IMG/VR virus record: IMGVR_UViG_3300031949_000018
Location: 16,495 to 80,494 of that record
Source of the DNA: a virus
Taxonomy: Duplodnaviria > Caudoviricetes
Strand: one strand, 5' to 3'
DNA: 64,000 bases
Under the pieces are notes generated by a model. The model saw nothing but the letters and a program-made list of their open reading frames with translations. It was not told the origin of the DNA and searched no databases. The translations under genes and the position numbers were made by a program. Below are positions 8,705 through 17,524 of this stretch, one piece after another. The stretch's first letter is position 1. The number at the start of each line of letters is the position of its first letter.

Positions 8705-9961
8705 CTAAACTCCGGCCGGCCCGGCGTCAACCGCGTCAAGAAAAAAAGATGACAGCGACGCATTATTTTTCTGTTCTGGCTTCCTAACCTCGAACTTTTT
8801 CGACGTGTTATACGAGAATACCGTCCCCCCAGTCACCCATTCTCGCTCCTCCGGGGTCTCTAGGCAGGTCTTCACCTCGGACGCCATGTCGGCCGCCGTC
8901 TGGACGGGGACATTCTGACAGATGTGGTTGGCGGACCTCTTGGGGTCGAGAAGTTCGAAGTCGTCGGGGAGACCCATGATCGTCATCGCCTCCCGATACG
9001 TGATGTAGCGATCCTCTACTGGGTGGGTGAGCATGCTCGGGTAGTGACCCACGAAGGCACCAATATAGTTCTTTGGTAAGACCGTACCTCTCCGCATGAC
9101 GGAGCCTCCCGCGGCGAGCTTCGCCTCCATCGCCAGGCACCTGTCGGCCTCCTTGATGAAGCCCTTCTTCCTGAGCCAGTCGGACACCTGGCCATAGGTG
9201 TGTCCGGCGTCTTCGATGATGCAGATCACGTCGTTGTTCCTAACGGGCATCCCCTCGTACATGGTGGATACATATTCGCGATGACTTTTACCTCCGGCGA
9301 TGTTCTCGAGTACGTAGGCATACCAGGGATCCTTGGTCGGCGTCTTGGGATTGATCGGTTCCATCTGGAAGTTCGACTTGACCCCGGTGATGAGGTCCTC
9401 TATCGGTTGGTAAGGGCGATCAAAATAGTTGAACACTGGCGCCCTGTCGCCCTTCCAGAAAAAGAAGAAGGCGCGGTTGCGAACCTGAGGAATTCCGTGA
9501 AGGAGCGACCGTGTGCGATAGAAGGACGCAGTATAACCGTTCTTCTCCGCGATCTCGTGAAGCCTCTTCCTGACCCCGTCGCCGAGGCCGCTCATGAGTC
9601 CGGGGGCGTTCTCTCCCCAGTATACACGAGGCTTGACTGCCTCCATGGCGTACTCAGAGGTGGTGAACAGCCACTCGTTAGCGGCCTGGTCAGAACCGGC
9701 GTTGACGTTGAGCTGGGACAGACCTGCACAGGGACAAACGCTAGAAAGTGAGTCGATGTGCGTCGAGAAGGGAGGTGCACCCGTCATGAGGTCGTGATAG
9801 GGAACGTCGAGGCCCCTCTGCCTGTAGTAGTTGACGAGGTGGCTATCGTTCTTGGCGAACGGGGTGTAGGACAGGATGAATTTCGGTGGGGCACCCCACG
9901 CTCTCTCGGCGCCGATGGCCTCCCCGCCAATGAGTGGGATTATTGATGCGTGGTTCGTCAT
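8705..9961 (-). CDS. C5-cytosine DNA methyltransferase-like protein with a divergent motif I
   Basis: Catalytic PC (VCPCAGLS), ENAP (motif VI), GIPQVRNRAFF (motif VIII) and QNVP (motif X); motif I reads IPLIGG instead of FxGxGG. Confidence 0.75.
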   Translation of the reverse strand: MTNHASIIPLIGGEAIGAERAWGAPPKFILSYTPFAKNDSHLVNYYRQRGLDVPYHDLMTGAPPFSTHIDSLSSVCPCAGLSQLNVNAGSDQAANEWLFTTSEYAMEAVKPRVYWGENAPGLMSGLGDGVRKRLHEIAEKNGYTASFYRTRSLLHGIPQVRNRAFFFFWKGDRAPVFNYFDRPYQPIEDLITGVKSNFQMEPINPKTPTKDPWYAYVLENIAGGKSHREYVSTMYEGMPVRNNDVICIIEDAGHTYGQVSDWLRKKGFIKEADRCLAMEAKLAAGGSVMRRGTVLPKNYIGAFVGHYPSMLTHPVEDRYITYREAMTIMGLPDDFELLDPKRSANHICQNVPVQTAADMASEVKTCLETPEEREWVTGGTVFSYNTSKKFEVRKPEQKNNASLSSFFLDAVDAGPAGV

Positions 9962-10126
9962 TTACACCCCGTTACATAGGTTGATGTCGAGCTCATTGTC
10001 CCAGGACCAGACGCCGCCACCACCATCTTCGCACCACATCTTGAAGCGGTTGGGTGGTAGATCGATGTGAACGAAGAGTAGGTAACCCAGGAAGACACCT
10101 AGGATAAAGCCGACGCTGAAGTTCAT
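9962..10126 (-). CDS. Small membrane protein (absent from the ORF track)
   Basis: MNFSVGFILGVFLGYLLFVHIDLPPNRFKMWCEDGGGGVWSWDNELDINLCNGV; fills the gap exactly, with ATGA and TAAATG junctions. Confidence 0.55.
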   Translation of the reverse strand: MNFSVGFILGVFLGYLLFVHIDLPPNRFKMWCEDGGGGVWSWDNELDINLCNGV

Positions 10127-11361
10127 GAGAAAAACGCCTCTAGTGAAGACGCCTTCTGAGGTGGGGCGTGGGCCTGCTTCTTCGCCTCCGAGTACGTCTT
10201 GATGAGTCCGTCGACCACAGCCTTGTTGTTGATCTGCCTCTTCCAGAACTCGAAAGACATCTCCCTCCAGTCCATCCTCATCCCTGGGTCTCCGTTTATC
10301 TTGTCCATGAGCTCAGCGGTTTCCTTCTGGGTGTCTGCCGATAGCCAGACCGTGCCGTTGTTCTCCGTTTCTACCAGGGGCTTACCGGTGACCCGGTCCA
10401 GTACGTGCTGACCGAAGTGCCGGTGAAAGAGGGGGATGGAGCCAACCGAGGCACACTCGGCGTGGCAGTACTCGACGTTCTGGCCATAGAGTTCTGGCTT
10501 GAGGTGATAAAGGTTGCTGGCGAAACCCGAGCGGCTGAGGCGCTCGAGCATCTCGGCGTTGACGTAGGGGGGATAGCAGAATGGTGCTAGCCCGTATCCC
10601 TCCTTGCCTGCGTCGACGTTGCCCTTGAACTTCCTGAAGAAGTCCTGTAGGTCTCGGGGTTGGGTTTTGCCGTGGCCATCGTGATAGAGGACGATGGCGT
10701 ACTGGATCGACGCCTCGAGTCCCTCAAGGATGGTGCGGTATCCTCGTGACCTGAGCTCGTCGTTGTGGAAGTCGATCATGTCGGTTGGGCCCTTCCATTG
10801 GGCCGTGCGACCGATCCACCTCACCGTCTTCCTGTCGATCTCGTCCAGTGGGCGCCAGTACTTTGCCCGAGTCTCATCGAACGCGAACCCCGTCACACAC
10901 ATCTCTATGAAGGGGGTGGTGATCCCGCTCTTCTGCATCCAGTTGAACAGGGCACCCTTCTTCGAGTGTGCGATGACGAGGTCGACGCTGCGAAAGTAGC
11001 GATCGATGTTGGCGTTGTCGTGAAGGGTCTTATAGGAGTGGTCATGATGAACCGCGATCTTCTTGGTCTGGAGCATCTCCACCATCTTGATGAAGTTGTC
11101 CTGGCACTCCTTGGGGTGCTTGCGGTTGGGCATGGAGTAGAAGACAACGGCGTCGAAGGTGTCCAGCTTGTAGACCAGGGCGTCCAACGCCGAATCGTCG
11201 CCCATCATCACCGGCGTGTAGACGAGATCGTTGGGCCGGTGCCACGTCTTGTCGATCGTGGCGAAGACCTCGCAATTCTTGTAGTAGCGGGAAAATTCTA
11301 TGGCGTTCTTGGTGACGCCGCAACCCTCAACACCCTTGCCCAGAAACAGCGCTATCTTCAT
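10123..11361 (-). CDS. agt: DNA alpha-glucosyltransferase (T4 Agt-like)
   Basis: MKIALFLGKGVEGCGVTK, HHDHS, RWIGRTAQWKG, LEGLEAS, NAEMLERLSRSGF and EYCHAE are colinear with T4 Agt as recalled. Confidence 0.88.
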   Translation of the reverse strand: MKIALFLGKGVEGCGVTKNAIEFSRYYKNCEVFATIDKTWHRPNDLVYTPVMMGDDSALDALVYKLDTFDAVVFYSMPNRKHPKECQDNFIKMVEMLQTKKIAVHHDHSYKTLHDNANIDRYFRSVDLVIAHSKKGALFNWMQKSGITTPFIEMCVTGFAFDETRAKYWRPLDEIDRKTVRWIGRTAQWKGPTDMIDFHNDELRSRGYRTILEGLEASIQYAIVLYHDGHGKTQPRDLQDFFRKFKGNVDAGKEGYGLAPFCYPPYVNAEMLERLSRSGFASNLYHLKPELYGQNVEYCHAECASVGSIPLFHRHFGQHVLDRVTGKPLVETENNGTVWLSADTQKETAELMDKINGDPGMRMDWREMSFEFWKRQINNKAVVDGLIKTYSEAKKQAHAPPQKASSLEAFFS

Positions 11362-11797
11362 ACTGAACCTTCTTCTTGCCTGGGGGTCTACCTTTCCTAC
11401 GAAAGGGGACACTTCCATCATGAACTTCTGGGTTATTTATATAGCCCGCGAGATCGGCCAGGAACTTTTCTACGAAGGGCGCGCTGTTGAGTTTCCGGTT
11501 CAATCCGGAAGGGTGTGGGGCCTTGAAGTAGTTGTGGGTATAGCGACTCACGATGGCGTGGGTAACCGACCCCATGACCACTATCTTGCCCTTGTGGAGG
11601 GCCAGAACCGACTGCAGGAAGTCCACCTCCTCATCGGTCGGGGAGAACCTCCCAGGGCGGTGCTGGATATTCACGAATGAGTAGTGGCCCACGCCGACGA
11701 CGTTCATCCATCCCACGACTACCCTCTGGAATTTATTCTTGAACAGAGAGAGCCCCGGCGCCTTAGCCGGATTCATTCCTATGACAAGGACATTCAT
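11327..11797 (-). CDS. Uracil-DNA glycosylase superfamily protein
   Basis: VIGMNP (motif A-like) and APHPSGLNRKLN (motif B-like). Confidence 0.65.
   Translation of the reverse strand: MNVLVIGMNPAKAPGLSLFKNKFQRVVVGWMNVVGVGHYSFVNIQHRPGRFSPTDEEVDFLQSVLALHKGKIVVMGSVTHAIVSRYTHNYFKAPHPSGLNRKLNSAPFVEKFLADLAGYINNPEVHDGSVPFRRKGRPPGKKKVQYEDSAVSGQGC
11434..11441 (-). promoter_or_regulatory. T4-type late promoter upstream of agt
   Basis: TATAAATA on the minus strand. Confidence 0.5.
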
Positions 11798-11966
11798 TTG
11801 TGTTCACACCACCACAGAGGAGCTGGGGCAAACAAATAAGGTGAGACCGGGCCATGGGCCTTAACCAATGCCATCATAACCGTCTTGCACTTTTCTTCTG
11901 TCGCAAATTGCCCTTCTTCTGTGCTACTACAGAATTGGCATAAGACGGCCATCAACACCCAGTTCA

Positions 11967-12620
11967 CTAGTCTTCCTTCACGAACTTGAAAGCCGATTCG
12001 TAGAAGTGGAGACTCCCGGCAAACCACCAGATGTCGCCGGGTTCGACCTGGAGATCCTCGGCGAGCTGCACAAGGACGTGCCTCTGCCAGGCCCAGTCGT
12101 TTCGATACCCGTGATAGGCGTCGTTCGACCTCATGCTGACGTAGGCGCTGAGCACCCCGTAGCGGACGACGTACTGGACCGAGTTGGTGCACATGAAGTC
12201 CTGCATCCCCTCAAAGTTCTGGTCGACGTGCATCGTCGGTCGGGTGTAGATCATGACACCTCGCCTCGATGAGGGGTCCTTGGCGAGCTCGGCCCTGACC
12301 TTCTCGTACTGGTGTCCGTTGCCCTCTGAGTAGATCGCCCAGCCGTAGTTGGAGTTGATCACACCGTCGGGTGTGGCGACCTTCTTCCAGATCGCCGGGA
12401 CCTCTCCCTCGATATCGTTGACGTTGAGGGACATCGACTCGTACCACTTGAGCTCCCTGGCTATGTAGTCGTGATTGATCTCGCCGAATATCGTTGGCTG
12501 GTCGGCCAGGAAGAACGCAGGCGAGATCTCGATCGTCTTGATCCCGCCTGGGAGCACGACGAACGACTTATCCCTCAAGATCGTGGAGAACTTATCACGA
12601 ATGTCTTGAACTCGATTCAT
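11967..12620 (-). CDS. gp42: dCMP hydroxymethylase (thymidylate synthase fold)
   Basis: INSNYGWAI, SRRGVMIYTRP, DFMCTNSVQY, MRSNDAYHGYRNDWAWQ (Asp at the cytosine-specificity site) and GSLHFY; near-colinear with T4 gp42. Confidence 0.92.
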   Translation of the reverse strand: MNRVQDIRDKFSTILRDKSFVVLPGGIKTIEISPAFFLADQPTIFGEINHDYIARELKWYESMSLNVNDIEGEVPAIWKKVATPDGVINSNYGWAIYSEGNGHQYEKVRAELAKDPSSRRGVMIYTRPTMHVDQNFEGMQDFMCTNSVQYVVRYGVLSAYVSMRSNDAYHGYRNDWAWQRHVLVQLAEDLQVEPGDIWWFAGSLHFYESAFKFVKED

Positions 12621-12982
12621 TACCAGTTCACCGGAATTCCCTTGCCGCACTTCACGGAGATCTCACTGTAGTCGTGGTACATGACTTTCACTATGAGTTG
12701 TTTATTGGGAATCCCCGACAAGCTGTCGGACATCGCAAACTTTACGTCTATCCACTTGAGCCCGACGGTCTCCTTGTCCTGACGAGATTTCTTGTTGAAT
12801 ATCTGTACCGCGTCCATCAAGTCGCGAAGCTCGTCGCTGTTGATCGTCGGCAGTCGAGAGCACATGGAAAGGGTCGCGGCGGTTATAGACTCTGGGGTGT
12901 CATACGTCGACTGTGCCAGGGTCGGCACAGGTACGAGGCCTAGGGCCACGATAAACGCCAGCGCTGATATCTGTATCTTCAT
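12620..12982 (-). CDS. Hypothetical exported protein
   Basis: Signal-peptide-like N-terminus; coupled junctions on both sides. Confidence 0.6.
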   Translation of the reverse strand: MKIQISALAFIVALGLVPVPTLAQSTYDTPESITAATLSMCSRLPTINSDELRDLMDAVQIFNKKSRQDKETVGLKWIDVKFAMSDSLSGIPNKQLIVKVMYHDYSEISVKCGKGIPVNW

Positions 12983-13395
12983 TTGTCTGATTCCTCTGTT
13001 AAGATTATGGTCTCGTCAGCGGGTGACTTGGCCGCCTGCTGTGCCCGCGGGATCTTGTTGAAGATGTCACGGTTATCACTCTGGCCGTCCATCCTCCCCC
13101 TGAGATACGATACGGCGAAGCTGAGGTAGTTGATGGCGTCCTTGAGTGAGTCCTCGATCGCCTCGAACTTCGGCTCTTCCCCGAACTCAAACGCCTCTAT
13201 CAGGGATTTATACCTCACCAGCTTCTGGTGGGCCATGTCCATGATCGTCTGGATGCCGTGGGGGTAGTGGTCAGCCTGTTTCACCGAGGACAGTGGATTC
13301 TGATAGTCCCGGCTCTTCGCCGCCTGGATTTCTATGCACTCCAGCAGCACCTTTATCGACTCCCTCGCTGGGACGGTCATCTTTAATTCTGACAT
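12979..13395 (-). CDS. DUF1599 / nucleotide-modification-associated domain 1-like protein
   Basis: KSRDY..K..R....EAIEDSLKDAINY; GGAG SD upstream. Confidence 0.65.
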   Translation of the reverse strand: MSELKMTVPARESIKVLLECIEIQAAKSRDYQNPLSSVKQADHYPHGIQTIMDMAHQKLVRYKSLIEAFEFGEEPKFEAIEDSLKDAINYLSFAVSYLRGRMDGQSDNRDIFNKIPRAQQAAKSPADETIILTEESDK

Positions 13396-14023
13396 GTTTA
13401 CTCCGGTCTAGAAAACGTGGATTAGTGATAGAATTCCAAGGCTGTGCCGCTTCATTGTGTCTCGAATCATGTGCTTGGAGATGAGGGTAAACCATTTCCT
13501 GTCTAAGTTTGCCCGTCCTTCTATCCGTGAGGGTAGAAGGATACGAGTGATTTAGGAATGAATTTACTTCCACCAGCATAGTAAAGTCAACGACGTAGTG
13601 GTCTTCATGTCTAACAAATTTTCCGTAGAGGAGATAGTTCACTAGAAGTCTGTTCTTAATGATCTGGACGAACTGCGGGATCTTCATGGTGACCCAGTTG
13701 TTCACGATGTCGCCGTGGTATTTGCAGTCGAACGCGGCACCACCCGGGTCCTTTGCATCGATCGCAAAAGTCTCTCGCCTATACGGATCGATGTTGATCT
13801 TATAGTCGAACTCGACCCCGAGGGCGTTACACGCAGCGACATCTAAGATCATACATTCTACGTTGAACCAGACCTGTTCCTTAGTGCGTTCCTGTCTTTG
13901 ACGCGAATTGCTACCGATGTTGTGGGCGACTTGAGACATCCAATTTTTAAGCCGAGAGTCGCAAGGAACTATCCATGGCTGAGAAAAAAAAAGGTCGGCG
14001 TATTGTTGCTGGGTCTTTGGCAT
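13271..14023 (-). CDS. Hypothetical protein, lower GC than its flanks, possibly PD-(D/E)xK-like
   Basis: 250-aa ORF containing DAKD..FDCK; its C-terminus overlaps the next gene by 125 nt. Confidence 0.45.
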   Translation of the reverse strand: MPKTQQQYADLFFSQPWIVPCDSRLKNWMSQVAHNIGSNSRQRQERTKEQVWFNVECMILDVAACNALGVEFDYKINIDPYRRETFAIDAKDPGGAAFDCKYHGDIVNNWVTMKIPQFVQIIKNRLLVNYLLYGKFVRHEDHYVVDFTMLVEVNSFLNHSYPSTLTDRRTGKLRQEMVYPHLQAHDSRHNEAAQPWNSITNPRFLDRSKHVRIKDDRPSEGVDKGAAGVHRNPGGEEPGLSESTVLGETG

Positions 14024-14200
14024 GGTGCAAAACTACACCAGCCGCGATCAAGGTGTCAACTACGCCTCAGGATAAAATGCGCTCGGTTATCAGCCAACAC
14101 AGGAAGAGGGACAGAAGCATCACGCCCCATCCTGGGAGAGTCGACGCGGCGACCAGGATCAACACCACGGGAACCGCTAGGACCCAAAGTTTTGAGGGCA

Positions 14201-14677
14201 TCATAACCCCACCAAGAGTTCGGCCATGCGCCCTGAGAACGTGCCCGGTTTCACCTCATCATTAACACCGAGCCTCGGTGGGCTTCCATCATACGGGCGC
14301 TCGATGGGGCGCATGGAAGCCATTTTACATCCTTCGAAATCGCAGCCGAGAACTAGCATGGACTCAGTTTTATCGTCGTAGGAGTTCACCTGGCGATGGG
14401 GATCGCGACTCTTTAGTTCACTGGAATCAAAGGCCCTGGTCCACACCTCAGAGATTTGAACGTAGAAGTCGACACTTTTAGTCTTGAACATCTGCCTCAC
14501 CAAGGTGAGTATAATTTGCTTCTCATTCTCATTGCCCCAAGGAGTAACTGTCATTATAATTTCATTATTAGCCGTATGGGCCATGAACATAGAAGTCGTG
14601 CTGCCGTCCTCCTCAAATTGCTTCTTGGCCGTATCAACGGCATAATCAAAAAGTTCTTTCAACGTAGCTTTGGCCAT
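14201..14677 (-). CDS. Hypothetical protein
   Basis: 158-aa ORF with plausible composition. Confidence 0.65.
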   Translation of the reverse strand: MAKATLKELFDYAVDTAKKQFEEDGSTTSMFMAHTANNEIIMTVTPWGNENEKQIILTLVRQMFKTKSVDFYVQISEVWTRAFDSSELKSRDPHRQVNSYDDKTESMLVLGCDFEGCKMASMRPIERPYDGSPPRLGVNDEVKPGTFSGRMAELLVGL

Positions 14678-14692
14678 GATAACAATTTCCTT

Positions 14693-15268
14693 TCAAAACC
14701 CGAAGTTCTTTGTGGGGCGCCTGCATTTTACCTGCCATCCTGAGTTGGTGCCCTCCCGCCCGCAAAACTCGAGAGTGGCCTCTGGGTTCTTAAGCACGAT
14801 TCCCTCGTCGAGGACAGACCCGACGTGTTCCAGACTATCGTAGAGCCCGGTGAGATCCTGGGTATGGCACTTGGCCATCGACACCTTGTCGGTCCACGCC
14901 CCGATCTTCGATAGGGCGTCCTGACGGGCGCCGAACGTGGTTCCAACCAGGTCGTCACCGGTCAGACGGAGTACGTCGAACACATAGGCGGTGTCGCGAA
15001 CGTCGCCACCCTTGGAGTGGAGGAGCTCAAAGACAAAGTACGAATCCGGGAACGACGAGAAGAATCCAGATACTTCTGGGTGCGGGGTCCAAGCCTTGTG
15101 TGCCTCCCCCTGACGGTTCCAGTACTCCACTTTCCGGTCCGCGTCGATGGCGACGACCGAGCACGTTCCATTCTTCTTGATCTGGGCAATCCACTCGCGG
15201 CGCTCGTAGAACTTTATTAGGTCCCGGGCGATCGCCTTCTCTGGTCGAGGTGGATATACGAAGTTCAT
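14693..15268 (-). CDS. Stand-alone ATP-dependent ligase-type nucleotidyltransferase domain
   Basis: Motif I IKKNG, WNRQG, FELL, YVFDVL, EGIVLK and WQVKCR; no OB-fold follows. Confidence 0.75.
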   Translation of the reverse strand: MNFVYPPRPEKAIARDLIKFYERREWIAQIKKNGTCSVVAIDADRKVEYWNRQGEAHKAWTPHPEVSGFFSSFPDSYFVFELLHSKGGDVRDTAYVFDVLRLTGDDLVGTTFGARQDALSKIGAWTDKVSMAKCHTQDLTGLYDSLEHVGSVLDEGIVLKNPEATLEFCGREGTNSGWQVKCRRPTKNFGF

Positions 15269-15576
15269 GGCCGAAGCGCCAGCTCGAACAGGCCGACGTT
15301 GCAGTCGTGGCGCCGACACCAGACTTGGAGTCCCTTCTCGGTGGCGCCGACCTCATTCATTCCCCACTCCTGGGGAGACTTGTCGGGTGGCTTTTCCTTG
15401 AGACACTTCCCACAGTGGAAGTACATCACGATCTCAAGCGCCGCTCTCATATCTGAGTCGAGTGTGAGGATCGGAGTCGGCTTTGGCACGTCGTCGTTAG
15501 ACGCAGACTCCGGAGAAGACTTGGCGCCGTTATTGGATGAGACCAGCTTTAGCTTGGGAGGTTCATTCTTGTCCAT
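15265..15576 (-). CDS. Hypothetical protein with CxxC/CxxH (putative Zn-binding)
   Basis: HCGKC..WCRRHDC. Confidence 0.6.
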   Translation of the reverse strand: MDKNEPPKLKLVSSNNGAKSSPESASNDDVPKPTPILTLDSDMRAALEIVMYFHCGKCLKEKPPDKSPQEWGMNEVGATEKGLQVWCRRHDCNVGLFELALRP

Positions 15577-16249
15577 CGATGATCTCCTTCACGACCTTGA
15601 TCGATGCCTTGACGTCGGTCTTCTCGAGCTTCGCCTTGATGGCGAGGACGGAGACCATGGTGAAGAATCTGTCGGTCAGCTTCTTCTCATACACCGTGTT
15701 GATCGACTCCTCGGTCACGACGTATTTCTTGCTGCCCTCCTGGAGCTGGATGAAGTCATCGGGCATCCCAGGTATCTTGGCCAGGGCCGCCGATATCTTC
15801 TCGAGCAACTTCTCGTCGCCGGCCCACTTTGGGTTGACGATATAGCGCTGGGGGACCACGTCCAGTGTCTCGTAGGGAATCTCGGCGGCGTCGAACGCCG
15901 CCCGCTCCTCGGTCGTGAGTGGGCTCGAAGACGCCCGCCTGCGCATCTCGCAGGAGGCAGACGCCGTCCCGTCGATGCCGCGGAAGTTGTCCGGGCGCTT
16001 TTCGCCCGTCTTGAATATCTTCTTCATCTTGGTGTTGATGTCCTCCCCGAGCGTCTCCCGGAGGGTCGTGAGGTTCTTTATGACCGCGTCTACGTGGGCG
16101 TAGTCACTGAGGCCCTTGATGGCGTGCTCGATCTTGTCACTCTTGGGGTCTTTTTTCTCGGGGGCCTTTATGACCTCGGCGGTCTTGAAGAAGTTCACGG
16201 GGGCCGACCGGGGCTCGGGGGCCGCGTGGTTCACTACTAGCTTTAGCAT
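15563..16249 (-). CDS. Hypothetical early protein
   Basis: Strong GGAGG SD and a sigma70 promoter directly upstream. Confidence 0.75.
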   Translation of the reverse strand: MLKLVVNHAAPEPRSAPVNFFKTAEVIKAPEKKDPKSDKIEHAIKGLSDYAHVDAVIKNLTTLRETLGEDINTKMKKIFKTGEKRPDNFRGIDGTASASCEMRRRASSSPLTTEERAAFDAAEIPYETLDVVPQRYIVNPKWAGDEKLLEKISAALAKIPGMPDDFIQLQEGSKKYVVTEESINTVYEKKLTDRFFTMVSVLAIKAKLEKTDVKASIKVVKEIIDGQE

Positions 16250-16278
16250 AGGTCTCCTCCTATCACAACTATTTGACT

Positions 16279-16307
16279 AGTATAACACACTCATAACCAG
16301 GTGTCAA
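16279..16307 (-). promoter_or_regulatory. Early sigma70-type promoter
   Basis: TTGACA-N17(..TGTGT)-TATACT. Confidence 0.8.
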
Positions 16308-16321
16308 TGGCCGTCTACAAA

Positions 16322-16359
16322 CAAAGAAAGAGGCCCTGGGTGTAGTCCCCAGGGCCCTC
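16322..16359 (-). terminator. Rho-independent terminator
   Basis: GC-rich stem (GAGGCCCTGGG / CCCAGGGCCCTC) followed by a T-rich tract on the minus strand. Confidence 0.65.
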
Positions 16360-16450
16360 GATGAGACCAGGCGATTTAATGGTAAACGTCTGAACCTCCT
16401 AGGAACCACATCACCTGTTTCTTCCGTTAGTACCCTATGAAAGGCTCCCC

Positions 16451-16840
16451 CTAGGAGGTGGCTAAAGTGATAGAACCGCGCCCATCTTCGACGATGCGCT
16501 TGTGTTGCCGCATCTTTCCGATGGCGGCGTTTCCAGTGTTCCAGGCAAAACCTTCCTTCTTGAGGTAGGACTTGATCTGTTGACTGGTCGCCACGGAGTG
16601 TTTCTTCAGGTATTCCGTGATGAGGTGCTCTGAGGACCCATCAGGATGATAGAAGTGCCTCGTGCCCTTGGCCCTGGTAAGTTTCGGTTTTTGGGTCGTA
16701 GATGGCACGGCGACTTCCTTGTCTTCGTTGGCCATGGGTCTCATCGTGACGACGAATCCCTCGGCTATAAGTTGGTTCATCTGACCCATCAACTTCGGAT
16801 CAGTGAGACTTCCTTTGACGATAAATGCAACTTTGGTCAT
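16451..16840 (-). CDS. Hypothetical protein, possible C-terminal winged helix
   Basis: 129-aa ORF with a basic helical C-terminus. Confidence 0.6.
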   Translation of the reverse strand: MTKVAFIVKGSLTDPKLMGQMNQLIAEGFVVTMRPMANEDKEVAVPSTTQKPKLTRAKGTRHFYHPDGSSEHLITEYLKKHSVATSQQIKSYLKKEGFAWNTGNAAIGKMRQHKRIVEDGRGSITLATS

Positions 16841-16994
16841 GTATTTCCTTTCTGTTCTAGTTCTTCGATCCTCGCTATGAGGCGGCGAACGTCGCCCGCC
16901 GTGGCGTACTGATAGCCGTTGCCTTTCAGCTTGGCTATAGTCTGATTGACGTCGGGGAGCTTAAGTTCTTCCCCGACGTCTGATTCGCTCTTGG

Positions 16995-17258
16995 TCACAG
17001 ACGACCTAGGAAGTCGTCGGCGAAGGCCGAGGCAAATGACTCGGGGACGCCGATCATACTGCAGAAGGCCCTGGCATCCTTCTCGATCGCCTGGCGGACA
17101 TCCACGTCGGAGAGGTTGTCCTCCACGGCGGTCTGATACTCGTCACAGACGGAGTTGAAGAATACGTCGGAAAGTTGGATGGCATTGAGGGTAACCTCCC
17201 CAGGCAGGTTGGCCGAGGTGAGTTCTTCTAGGTTCTGCGTCTTGGCAGCGGTGCCCAT
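16995..17258 (-). CDS. Hypothetical early protein
   Basis: GGAGG SD; promoter at 17283-17311. Confidence 0.65.
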   Translation of the reverse strand: MGTAAKTQNLEELTSANLPGEVTLNAIQLSDVFFNSVCDEYQTAVEDNLSDVDVRQAIEKDARAFCSMIGVPESFASAFADDFLGRL

Positions 17259-17282
17259 GGTGTCCTCCTATGGTTGCCAGAC

Positions 17283-17311
17283 ACCGTAACACACCCAGGT
17301 GTCGATGTCAA
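17283..17311 (-). promoter_or_regulatory. Early sigma70-type promoter
   Basis: TTGACA-N17(..TGTGT)-TACGGT. Confidence 0.65.
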
Positions 17312-17514
17312 TTGGGTCTTTTATCTTCTCGCTCGTTGGGATTGGTTCGGAGTCGCTTCACCTCGTCGATCACCTGGTCCCATTCCTTCTCGTTCATGGC
17401 CGCGCTAAGGACCCACTTGAGGCCGTCGTGCGTCTGTTCCAGGTGAATGTCGTCGCAGTGCTGGCAGCGAAACACGCGGACGTGTTGCGACGTGCCTGAG
17501 ATATGCATCTTCAT
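17308..17514 (-). CDS. Hypothetical protein (CxxC)
   Basis: Short ORF with a GAGGA SD. Confidence 0.55.
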   Translation of the reverse strand: MKMHISGTSQHVRVFRCQHCDDIHLEQTHDGLKWVLSAAMNEKEWDQVIDEVKRLRTNPNEREDKRPN

Positions 17515-17524
17515 TTAGTCCTCC

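Noticed and set aside
11967-12650. Ordinary thymidylate synthase
   Set aside because: The RND motif with Asp at the specificity position and colinearity with T4 gp42 indicate a dCMP hydroxymethylase.
16948-16980. 11-bp perfect inverted repeat (GACGTCGGGGA/TCCCCGACGTC)
   Set aside because: A single occurrence inside a small ORF with no U-tract or associated element; insufficient support for a function.
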